A DNA stretch of 64,000 nucleotides from Octopus sinensis (taxonomy: Eukaryota), in NCBI RefSeq assembly GCF_006345805.1, contig NW_021832227.1:392460-456459 (forward strand). The letters are read 5' to 3'. Position numbers and translations under genes: made by a program. The notes below the pieces were generated by a model. It was not told the DNA's origin, did no database searches, and saw only the letters and a program-made list of their open reading frames with translations. Below, piece by piece: positions 25,833-36,714 of this stretch (within the stretch, counting starts at the first letter, position 1; each line of letters starts with the position of its first letter).

Positions 25833-26959
25833 TATTATTGTCAGGGAGCGTGGAATTTTCAATGTTTCTTTAACTGAGCCCAATTCTCTGCCAATTTTGT
25901 TTAAAAGAATTTGAATTTTTTGCTAAGTAAGTGGATAAACTACGCGTTTGTTGCTTCAGTGACTCCTTTCCACTGCTAAAATCAAAGAATATTCTAGAAA
26001 GCAGGAACAAAACCTGCTATTGATTGGTCACAAACCTCGTTTTGATTGAATGGTCGGATTTCCGTTGTTTTTGAACTCGACATAGTTTCCTTTTTGACAG
26101 ATTTTTTGTTAAATGTGAAGATATCTTTTTTATCCCGAATCCGGTCCGACGCAGTCGTGAATATCGAGTGCATTCCCAGGTTTTCTAAATCTGGGGTTCA
26201 AGCGAACAAGCATGCTTATTCTCTAATTTGAGTTGCCCAAATATGTCTGCCTCATAAAATTCCGACCTCACGGATTGTTGTTCTGCATGTTAAATTAGTG
26301 GTTTCTGCTTGTCCTACTCCGACAATCAAATGGAGTAGTACTTTTCACCACCTTTTGGTGAAACCTCTGAACTTTTCGGTGCTATTTTTAGTCCTCGACT
26401 CCATAATCAGTCAGCCATTATAAAATATAATTAGAGTTTTTAATTTCGCTTCACAATTTTAAAATGACTCGTCACTTGACGCCAATTCATCCTGTAGTTT
26501 GGATTCCTGTCCTACTCAGGTTTTATTTTAGTTCAAATCTTGATAAAATTAAAAATGGCATTCGACAAATAACACATAACTGCACCGCAGAACTAACGCT
26601 GTCCTGGAGTACACACTCGCTAAGAAGGGAGTGCAATGGCATTTCCACGTATGGAGGACGCTTTTTCCCCAGGTTTTGCTGGACGGTACCACCTGTAGCC
26701 CACTCGGAAGACATTCCACGCTTCGGCCAAGCTGACTCGGATGCTATTAGCAGCTTAGCGGACTTTGTCGGTGAAGACGGTAACTCGGATGTTATGTTTG
26801 ATTTTAACTGGAGCTCTTTTTTGTGCTTTTTACGCTAAGTTTAAGTGGAATTTTGAAATCACAATAATGAAAAAACCTTTGAAAAAACCTTTTTTTAAAG
26901 TCTTAAAGTAAGTAATCTATTTTATTTTAAAAACAGAGACAGTGACATAAATTTTTGAC

Positions 26960-27160
26960 GTCCGATACAACGAGACGGCTGCTCTAGGCTCTCGAACTCT
27001 CCTGAGGGAACGTCTATTTGCTGTCTGGAGACAAGCTAGGCGGTTACCGGTCCCGATTGATAATTAGGTCGGTCACTTGAGATCGTCTCCGGTAAGACCG
27101 GATAGATTTCTCAATGTGAAGAAGTTCAGGGATGTACTATAAATTATTTTGAATAAATTT
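26960..27160 (+). mobile_element. Probable 3' end of an unidentified non-LTR element with a structured 3' UTR
   Basis: GC-richer island with a short frame ending (VRYNETAALGSRTLLRERLFAVWRQARRLPVPIDN*), hairpin TCCGGT-AAG-ACCGGA and an AATAAA-containing end. Confidence 0.35.
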
Positions 27161-27292
27161 ATATTGTATTAATACAACAGCTTATTAAAAAACTGACATT
27201 CTGGACCATATTCCCTGTTAAAATACTACACACTCTGTGATAAAAAAACATTTCAAAACAAATTTAACGAAAAGTTAAGAAAAGTAGGAAAA

Positions 27293-28240
27293 CTAGAGTA
27301 CTAATCCGCCATCGAGAAAGTCATCAATCATAATGTCCCAATCTTCAACCCACTCATCTCCCTCCAAGACTTCATAACACTTAAGTATATGGTCTTCAGT
27401 ATAACCCCCAATGGCATACAACCGTTCCTTTACATTCAACAACGTAAGCTAAAACTATTACAACTTGGCATCAACATTTGATCTCGGATTCTGTAATGAT
27501 GGACCACTTCGCCACGAATCGGTCTCAATAGTGTATATATAAACGTCACTGACGTCCCCAGGATAATATTCCACAATTCCGTGTCCCCCCACCATGTAAA
27601 TCTCGCCAGACAGGACTGCACAGGCGGTGCTACTCAGAGGTTTAGGGGAATCTGCGATTGGAATCCACAGGTTGGTCTCAATCTCATATTTGGCACAGCC
27701 TTTGGATACAAAGGAAGGGGTAAACTTGATACAAATCCGCGGGCAGTCATTCCCCCAAAAATGTAGATAAATTTATCATAAAGTACGGATGAAAAGTCTG
27801 ACCGACCTTCTGGAATGGGAGATAAACTTTCCCAAATCCACTGCCCGTCGTCAAAACACCTTAAAAATGTCCAGAAAACTTCAAACTTGTATAGGTTTGA
27901 AATTGGGGGAGCATTTTCGTGTGTTCTTCCCCCCATGACGTACAGATTTGTTTCGGTTGAACACATTTGGAACTTTGCCAGTGGCTGAGGGAGCACTCCA
28001 CAATCATAGCGAACTGTGTTTGTATCACAATCAAATCTACAGATGACCAGAGTGGCAAAAACAAATGAATCAAATCTTTACTTTGTTCAGAAATACAGCA
28101 AGTATTTGTAGTGGGAAGGACACCACCGGCAATTACAACTCGGTTTCCAAGACGGGCAACTTTAAAAAAACGAACAGCTTCTGTCAGTTCGCACACAAGC
28201 TTGCTTTCTTTTGTCTCAAGGTCGTAAATAATAATCTGCT
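27293..28240 (-). CDS. Kelch-repeat protein gene, 3' exons; 5' exons may extend to ~29160
   Basis: Spliced frames give RVVIAGG, LYVMGG...LYKF, W..LSPIPEGRSDFSSVLYDKFIYIFGG, CAKYEIETNLWIPI...EIYMVGG...DSWRSGPSL, RLYAIGGY. Confidence 0.8.
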
Positions 28241-29534
28241 TATCATCATTCCCGACTGGAGAGTGATAATAAACTTAAACTTAAGAGTAGTTTCGAGTTT
28301 GTGGAGAAGGAAGAATTCATTCTGTTAACTATTTTATTGAAAATCTATAATTGTTAATATTAATAATAATTTGTGGGAAATGATACAATAAGTTGTATTG
28401 ACCGCATTTAATTTGATTTATTTTCAAAATTAAAGATTATAGTAAAGTATCCTGGGTTGTGCCGTAGTTAACATAGACCGCGTAGGACTCTTTCCCATAT
28501 GAAAACAATTGGAACAATTTTCATTTTTGCGTGATTAAAAATATTCAGTTCTTTCGAAATTTGATTATGTTTTCTCAATTTTTTTCAATTTCACTTGTAA
28601 ATTATCTGCAGGGGTTACTATAACTTCTAGAAGAAATATATTCCTCTTTTTTTGAACAAAAATAGATCCCTCTTATTTTAACACATTTGTAACCACTGAT
28701 TAAACAGAATGAGTCTTAAGTCTTTTTTTACTCCAAATTTGTGACAAAAATGAAAATGAAGGCACTTTCCAATCTCATTATATCTCCTGACATATTCTTT
28801 GTAGAGCATCTTTCCACATTTTGCCATACAATGTTCGTCATTTTTCCTCCATTTTTTGCAAAAACTACATATTGCATTTGCCTCTGAAAAGAACAGATTT
28901 GACTGAGTTCAGTTGGAATTGGTTAACTTCTAAATTCTCGAAATCAATTCGGTAGAGATTCTGTTCAACATTTGTATCATTTTGACAATAACCTTTTTCA
29001 TCCTCGAGATGAGGATATTTGCTAGAGACCAAACACAACAGATGATATCACATATATGCATTGTTGTGTTTAACTCCCACTTTCTACTAAGTAATCTGAT
29101 GTCCTCAACACTTTGTTCCGGAATTACAGAGTTTTCAAAAAGTCGTATTAAGAAGTGATGCACATAGTCCTGACCCGTGTTTGTTCTTTAACGCCATGAT
29201 ATCTTTTTCTCTTCTCTATTTGATTCCTGGACTGTTAATTAGTCATTCTCGGACAGCAAATTTTAATCCTGAACAGCATGGAGTTGTATATTACAGTCCC
29301 GTCCAAATGTTAGAGGCACCCTATTTTTTCCCTAAAAAAGGCACTTATTTGTCATTTTTCGAAAGATTTTAAAGAATAAATTAAGTTTTTAAAGGAAATT
29401 AAACATTTCCAAAGTTTTTATAAATATTCGACCGATAGTATTCTCAAACTTGAAAACAAAAAATAATTGGTCGCTCATATGTTAGAGGCACTTATGTAAA
29501 AAGCAATAATTCTATAATTTATTATTATTAATTC

Positions 29535-29970
29535 TAATGGCTGAAGAGTATGCTCTGGATACTGGAATTCAGCCGTCGTGGGTTCGAATCCAGAAGAGGC
29601 TACTTTGGAGTCGGGGTTAATCTCGTCGAAGTTCCTTTGCCCGTGAGGTGACGAGTACATCTGGCACGACACAGTATGTCAAAAGGGATCTCCTTCCTAT
29701 CCGGCCTTAGAAAGGCGTTACGTGTTCCACCAAATTCACTTGGAGATTTCGACTGGATTTGGAAACGCCGAGGGGGCACCTAATGCTCACCGAAAAAGGA
29801 CCAATAGCTCTCCTACCCCCTGGGACATCGTCGTCGCAGGACGATGCACTTTGCATAGGATTGAACCTTTCCGGAGGATCTCCGTCGAAGTGCGTCGGGA
29901 TCACACGCTAATTAGTTCGGTCTTAACTGTGGTCTGGTGTTTAATAAATAAATAAATAAATAAAATAAAA
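29535..29970 (+). mobile_element. tRNA-derived SINE (family 1)
   Basis: A-box-like TGGCTGAAGAG and B box GGTTCGAATCC, ~330-bp GC-richer body, (TAAA)n tail, possible TSD AATTC; sits just upstream of the Tc1 ATG. Confidence 0.8.
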
Positions 29971-31102
29971 AATTCAAATGCCTCGTGTATCAGCTTATAA
30001 CAGGTTTCTCGTCATCGAAAAATTAAAATGTGGCGAATCTCAGGTGAAAATATCCAAAGATTTGGGAATCTCTCGTTGGCCATTCAAAAAATTAAAAAGC
30101 GATTTTTACACGGATATTTATATAACGATATGCCAAAAAAGGGAAGGAACAAAAAATTAACCAAAAATGATGAACGCTATCTTATCAGAATGTCAAAATT
30201 ACACCCAAAAATGACCGCCAACGATCTTCTTATATGCTGTAACTTTTCCGGAAAAGTGAGTCTTTCGACAATTAAACGAATTTTGAGACGCAACAATTTA
30301 TTCGGACGCATTCCAGTGAAAAAACCAAAATTGACTGCATCTCAGGTTGATAAAAGATATACATGGTGTCTTACTAAAATTCCGTGGAATCAAGACGACT
30401 GGAATTTAGTGATATTTTCTGATGAATGCCGGATTCAGTTAAATCAGATGTCTAGGCAATACATAAGAAGACCCCCTGGATCAAAATTACAGAAAGAATA
30501 TTCAATTGAAACTGTGAAATTCCCTTTATCAATTACGATCTGGGGAGCAATTAAAAGCAATGGGCAAAGATCAATTGTCCTTTGCCGAAAAACAGTCGAC
30601 TCCGCCGAATATCAACGCGTTATAAAAGAAGGATTTGAAAATTTTTATGAAGAAAATTATTTTCTTCAGCAAGATGGAGCAACATGTCATACATCAAAAT
30701 CCACTAGAGCGTTTATGGCCGAAAACAACATAAAACTCATGGAAAAATGGCCAAGTCAATCTCCTGACTTAAATATAATTGAAAATCTATGGGCAATTTT
30801 AAAAAAAGAAGTTAAAAAATGTGGAGCATCAACGATTCAAGAATTATGGAATGAAACAAGGAAGGCCTGGGAAAACATTGATACAGGTGTGGTTATTATG
30901 TCGCGTCCCATGGTGGTTACGCATCCCATGCTGGCTACATGTCACCTGTCAATCGATCATTTTTACGAGGTCATTGGCTGTCAGATGTCATAATTAATGT
31001 GGTTTAATCATTCGTTACTTGTGTGGGCATATTTAATATTTTTAGCGTTATTATTCAATTTTCAACATGTCCTCTTTAAAATGTATTCCCCTGTATATGT
31101 AA

Positions 31103-32093
31103 TGTGACCGGTTGAATACGAGCCCAGGTTGAATACGAGCCGTTAAACGAGCCGTTAAACGAGCCGTTAAAGTGGCGTAAGTGGCGTTATACGAGCCGTG
31201 AATGCCGTTAATTCATATTAGGGTTAGGGTCAGGGTTAGGGTCAGGTTTAGGGTTAAAGTCAGGGTTAGGGTCAGGTTTAGGGTCAGGTTTAGGGTCAGG
31301 TTTAGGGTCAGGTTTAGGGTCAGGGTTAGGGTCAGGTTTAGGGTCAGGGTTAGGGTCAGGGTTAGGGTCAGGTTTAGGGTTAGGGTCAGGTTTAGGGTTA
31401 GGGTCAGGTTTAGGGTCAGGTTTAGGGTCAGGTTTAGGGTCAGGTTTAGGGTTAGGGTCAGGTTTAGGGTTAGGGTCAGGTTTAGGGTTAGGGTCAGGTT
31501 TAGGGTTAGGGTCAGGTTAGGGTCAGGTTTAGGGTCAGGGTTAGGGTCAGGGTTAGGGTCAGGTTTAGGGTCAGGGTTAGGGTCAGGTTTAGGGTTAGGG
31601 TCAGGTTTAGGGTTAGGGTCAGGTTTAGGGTTAGGGTCAGGTTTAGGGTTAGGGTCAGGTTTAGGGTTAGGGTCAGGTTTAGGGTTAGGTACGTTATTAA
31701 TGCCGTTAAATCATAATTTTTTAATGGAAAAAAACTATTTTGAATATAATTTATGTTGTCACTTGCCAACGTTAGGGTTTGTGTTAAGGTAAGAGTTAAG
31801 GTTGTTACAAAGTTGCCAAAAAATTAGATGTAAATTATAATTTGCTAATGTTGCAATTTTTATTATCGAAAATAAAAATAATTCACATTATAATTTGCTA
31901 TTGTTGTAAATAATTTTACTATTTTACAGCAAGCATGGTTCAAATATAAAACATCATTTTTTCAAAAATTTAAAGTTCGTTCATTAGTTCGGAACGTTTG
32001 TCTTTATATTAATTGGCCTCTTGAATCGGTCTATTAATTATCGATTTTTTTAGCGGCTCGTATTCAACCCTATCTCATTATGAACCGGTCACA
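31103..32093. mobile_element. Non-autonomous TGT...ACA element carrying a telomere-like array
   Basis: TIR TGTGACCGGTT-N14-GTTGAATACGAGCCG at both ends; 5-bp TSD TGTAA (31098..31102 and 32094..32098); removing it restores MYSPVYVIIGFVKN. Confidence 0.9.
31218..31690 (+). repeat. Interstitial telomere-like hexamer array (TTAGGG/TCAGGG/TCAGGT)
   Basis: ~79 in-phase hexamers T(T/C)AGG(G/T) with 12- and 18-bp higher-order units. Confidence 0.97.
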
Positions 32094-32675
32094 TGTAATA
32101 ATAGGTTTTGTAAAAAATATCTCAGAATATCATACTATAGTCAATATTTTAAATGGCCAACCTGTACAGACATCTTCAAGACAAATAAAATATAAATTAA
32201 CTAAAAAATCCACTAAATTTATTGTCATTGATGACTGCTTATACCTCAAAGACGAAAGATTTCAAAAGCACAAACTAGTTATTTGCATGGATAATGAGAG
32301 TGAGATGCAAACTATTGCAGATTCTATTCACCGGAATAGCCATTCTGGAATTCGTAAACTGCAACAGGAATGTTTACACTCCTATTTTACAATAAAGCGT
32401 AAAATTATCGAAAGAGTCGTCAAAGAGTGCTCAATATGCAAGTTTTCCATTCCACTTAAAGTATAAAATAAAAAACTTATATAGCAGGTTTCAGATTCTA
32501 AGTACCATGTGATTGCCAAAAGACCAAATGAACGATTCCAAGCAGACCTTATAGACGTTAAAAAATTTAACGATTCGAACGATGGCTACAAATGGATATT
32601 TACCGTCATTGATCTTTACAGTAAGTATGCCATTGTAAAGGAGTTAAAAATAAATCTGCAATAAGTATATTTATG

Positions 32676-33262
32676 GGTACTTTTGTCGAAGTGGTCGCAG
32701 TTTTTTAGAAGATAATTAAAATTAATTAATTTTTTTAGTGAAAAATAGATTATTTAATTTATAACCCTCTATCAATAATTTAAATGGTTATTAAAATTAT
32801 TTAAAAATTTATTTAACCAATTTAGTCATTTTTAGTACGCGACATCCAAATTCCAGGACTGTAGAAGGAATTTATGTCTTTTACAATCTGTGCAAACATT
32901 CCTTATAGTTCTGTATTTGTTTTCGCCACATAAATTCTGAAAAAATAACTAACTAAAAAACCTGCGAAATAAGATCCCAGATGATGTCTTACAGCTCCTC
33001 TTTGAGCTTTATTCTTGCATTTTGCACTTCCCCACATTCGTTCTACTGTCTGGGTGTGCACTCCCGTCGTTGGATCCATGCACTGCATCCTCCTTACTTA
33101 TTGGGAGCTTAGAAAAAAATTAGAAAATAAATTAGTAAAAAATTTAATATATTTTAAATTATTGATAGAGCGACTTAAATAAAATATAATATATTCCACC
33201 TCAAAAATTATTAGATTTTTTAAAAGGCCTAAAAAAACTGCGACCACTTCGACAAAAGTACC
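32676..33262 (-). mobile_element. Merlin (IS1016/ISXO2-like) deletion derivative
   Basis: TIR GGTACTTTTGTCGAAGTGGTCGCAGTTTTT; 8-bp TSD TATTTATG (32668..32675 and 33263..33270); DPTTGVHTQTVERMWGSAK motif. Confidence 0.88.
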
Positions 33263-34134
33263 TATTTATGTTTTATATTGGAATTTAAATATTTGTGAGG
33301 CTTTCGAAGAAATTTGTTCAGAAATCGGCTTTTGCGAGATTCTACAAACAGATAATGGAACTGAGTTTAGGAATAAATATCTCGATTCTTTTTGCACGAA
33401 AAACAAAATCCAACATATTTACGGAAGACCAAATCATCCTCAATCACAAGTAATGACACAATATTTATCTGTTTCATGGTATCGTGGAAAGATTTAATCA
33501 AACTTTAACACGAAATCTTTCAAAGCTGATGAGTGAAGAATCAACTAAAAACTGGATCCAAATTATTAAACGAAGCACTTTTACATATAACACGACTATT
33601 CATTCTTCTATAAATGAAACACCATTTAAAAAACTAAGAGGAGTTTCTGGTATAAACACCGTCATTCATAAAAGTTTTTTTAATTTTTTTAATTTCAAAG
33701 AAAGTGAGTGTTCGGATGATTTTTATCATATATATCATCAGAGGATATGAATGTAGAAAATATTTTAGATGTTTCAGGTAAATTTTGAATAACATATGCT
33801 AGACAACTTGGATGCTAGTGATTTTATATTGAATTTTTCTCCACCTAATTTAAATTCACCATATTTTAAACGCATGAATAAAAAAATGAATGTTCATCAA
33901 TCGAAATACGATTTTTCAATTGGGAGCGGAGTATTTTTAGTGAATAATTTTTAGGTTAGAGTTCTAAAGGATTTTGGGACAAATAATTCCCTAAGGCTAA
34001 ACCGATTTTAAATCCCCATATGGAGAAACTGCTGAAGTTGTTCAAATTTTGTCAAACAATCGACTAGAGGTCTATTTTATTATTATTTTATTTAACAGAT
34101 TAAAACAAGTTCAGGGAAGTCTAAATAGTTAATA

Positions 34135-34739
34135 TGTCGCGAGCGCAGCGCGCGACCGAGCGCTAGACGCGACTTTAACACCTAACAAGCCTATCATCAA
34201 CAAATATTTATTAAATTATTTAAAATTTTAACATGATTTAAAATTAAAATTGAAATAACTTAAGTTTTCCATTGAATCCCATAAAATAATTTATAAGTAG
34301 ACCTTAATAGAAAAAGTTAAAATCAATGAATACTGAACGCTAATTTGGTTTAGATTGTGAGGGGGGTAATAATTTGACAGATCTCATTGCTATTTTTTCG
34401 TTTTAATCTCTAAAATTAGGTCTTCTAATCAAAAATGAACTGTGCAGACGGCTTGCTCCTTCAGAAGATTCTTGTTTTGACATTTTTATAAATTATGAAG
34501 CATTTAGATTTTTTCTCATTATTCTAAAATATCAATTATAAATTTTAAAATATTATTTTTATTTATGAATCGGTTTTAAAGCTCATTCTTCTTTGGCATC
34601 GATTTTAATTTTTGTTATCGAATATATTTAATCCCAAATACAAGCCTGGGTATTTGTCAATTTATAGATTTTTTGATTGATCGGATCTAGAAATTGAGTG
34701 GTCGCTCGCTGCGCTCGGTCGCGCGCTGCGCTCGCGACA
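34135..34739. mobile_element. 605-bp TGT-tipped MITE, copy 1
   Basis: GC-rich TIR TGTCGCGAGCGCAGCGCGCGACCGAGCGC; flanked by TAATA on both sides; AT-rich interior. Confidence 0.88.
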
Positions 34740-34834
34740 TAATATGAATCAAGTTAAAAAAACGTAGACGCTTTATTTTAATAAATTTTTATTGTTGAAA
34801 CGATTATTGATTAGAAATCATTGCAATTAAATTT

Positions 34835-35207
34835 TTTTTTTGATCAAATTAAGTATATGTTAAAAAAATCGATTGAATAATTAGTATGACCCTAGGATAG
34901 CGTGTGAATTTCCGCGGACAATTGCACACGAAATCCTCTGGAAGAGCCACGACGTCTCCCGCGGATCACCTGTTTTTTTGGTGATTAGACCACCCAATCT
35001 TCGAATGAACGAAAAACTCTCTGTTCCAAAGACTCCGGAAGTCTCCACAGCGATCGGCTGGAAAAGATATTTGTCTGCCAGGAAAGAGTATTTCTTTTTC
35101 TTCAACTCTTCAGAACGTTTTGCAGCAGAGCCAGGAGAGGATGCCGAACTTCCGAATGAAGAAGGTCCAAACGTGTCAGGGCAGGTAAAATCCCAAACAA
35201 CAGGCAT
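34835..35207 (-). mobile_element. CRE-like 3' fragment with A-tract tail
   Basis: WDFTCPDTF...EELKKKKYSFL...PIAVETSGVFG...SWLFQRISCAIVRGN. Confidence 0.85.
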
Positions 35208-36714
35208 TATTATTTATTGACAGGTGACATGTAACCACCATGGGATGGGTAGCTCGTGTGTGACGCGACATATTAAGCTTTTTAAGTCAATTCTAAGAAG
35301 AATATCTTCGGTAGTCATAAATAATGGAGGATGACTAAATATTAAATTTTTGGATAATTTGTCTTTCGTTATTGAAGTGTGCTTCTAACATATGAACGAT
35401 GTATTATTTTGAGTTTCTTAGTAAATACACATTATAAACTAAATGTGCTCAAAAATTTTAGGTTAAGATTTTTTATTCAATAGTTTGTTATTAACAAAAA
35501 ACTTTTTTCAAAAAATGACAAATAAGTGCCTTTTTTAGGGAAAAAATAGGGTGCCTCTTACATTTGGACGGGACTGTAGTTTTCTAAAAATTTTTGAATG
35601 AAATCTGATATATTTATTACCTACTTGAACATTGTCAACAAAGAAATGATTTAAAAAACCATAAAATTGTCCTCTTGCTTGACAGCGCAAGTTGTTACAA
35701 GAATAATAATTTTTTTCTAACATTGAGCTATTTTTTCTTCAAAAAGTGCAACATCATTAATTCATCCCTTAGACATGAGATTTATTAAATCGTTCAAATC
35801 CTTGAAAAGAACATTTTCAATTTTTTCTTGAAGCTTTGAAAGATTATTATAATTTTAGAATAATATTAGGAATGTAAATGAAAAAATTTGCAACCGGAAA
35901 AAAATTAACAGACTATCGTCAAATAAATTTGTTTTTAACATGATTCTGAAAAATCTAAAACAAATTATTTATATATAAATTTAATAAAAAGCAAATTTAA
36001 ATTTTCAAACTGTGGATAAATCTAAAAAAATGTCAAACTTCTATTTTTAGGGAAACCTTCGTTTTGGGGGCATTTTTTAAATTTTGTATTAATCTTTTCA
36101 ATCTAAAGAAAATTGAATTTCTTTGTCACCAGCATTACTTCATAATGAAAAGTATGGTCATAAAAGAGTCATTTCCAGCAAAATAAGTTTAAAAGTTTAT
36201 TTAAAATCTTATTCATTTATTATTTATCAAAAATTAAAATACATATAATTCCGTATAATTTTCAACAGATATCTGTGATAGATCAAGAGTTTTCAACTTT
36301 TTTAGTTCAAGGGCCAAATCGATAATTAAGAGTATCTTTCGAGCCACATAAAAAATATTTTATTTAATTAAAGAAAAGTGGCTTTATTACGTAATAAGAA
36401 AATTAATGTGAGACTTGATTTGGCTTGGCATCTACTATTTTATCAAAACGAAAAGTACAGTTCAAAGACGATGTACGTAGAAGTTGAATTAGGTATTCAT
36501 TAGTCAATCGATTTCGATACTTACTTTTACATCAACATTCTGATCTTTCAGACATTTGAATTTTATGGTATGCAAAAGTTTGTATTCAATCGTATCATCA
36601 ACCAACTCGTCTGAGCAGTTTTGATAATTCCGCACAAATACTTTCTTTGTTTTCAATATTATATTTAAAAACTAGAAATTCTGCGACGAGGAAAAAAATA
36701 AAATTCTAATAATA

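Larger units (their letters stand above)
30899..35270 (+). mobile_element. Ginger2/Tdd-like DNA transposon (retroviral-type integrase) with nested insertions
   Basis: TGTCGCGTC termini, ~55-bp imperfect TIR, 5-bp TSD TATTA (30894..30898 and 35271..35275); HHCC (H..SHSG..CSIC), QADLID, LQTDNGTEF, GIVERFNQTL; reconstructed start at ATG 31081. Confidence 0.85.
29294..35576 (+). mobile_element. Tc1 DNA transposon expanded to 6.3 kb by nested insertions
   Basis: Long TIR CAGTCCCGTCCAAATGT(T/A)AGAGGCACCCTATTTTTTCCCTAAAAAAGGCACTTATTTGTCA with TA TSD; DDE motifs IFSDEC, QQDGATCH, WPSQSPDLNIIENLW; ORF resumes after 35275 (GVVIKLFKSILRRISSVVINNGG). Confidence 0.92.

Noticed and set aside
25850-26870. 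ORFs 26464..26838 (+) and 26523..26714 (-) as genes
   Set aside because: No recognisable domain and strand ambiguous; conservation at 62038 is explained by the recent duplication
29535-29610. Functional tRNA gene
   Set aside because: Acceptor stem is incomplete and it continues into a SINE body and (TAAA)n tail
31218-31690. Array as a true chromosome end or telomere-fusion scar
   Set aside because: Single orientation with no head-to-head junction; enclosed by TIRs and a TSD inside another transposon
31202-31792. 196-aa Arg-Val/Gly-Leu-Gly-Ser ORF and the antisense Leu-Thr-Leu-Asn ORF
   Set aside because: Translation artefacts of the stop-free hexamer array
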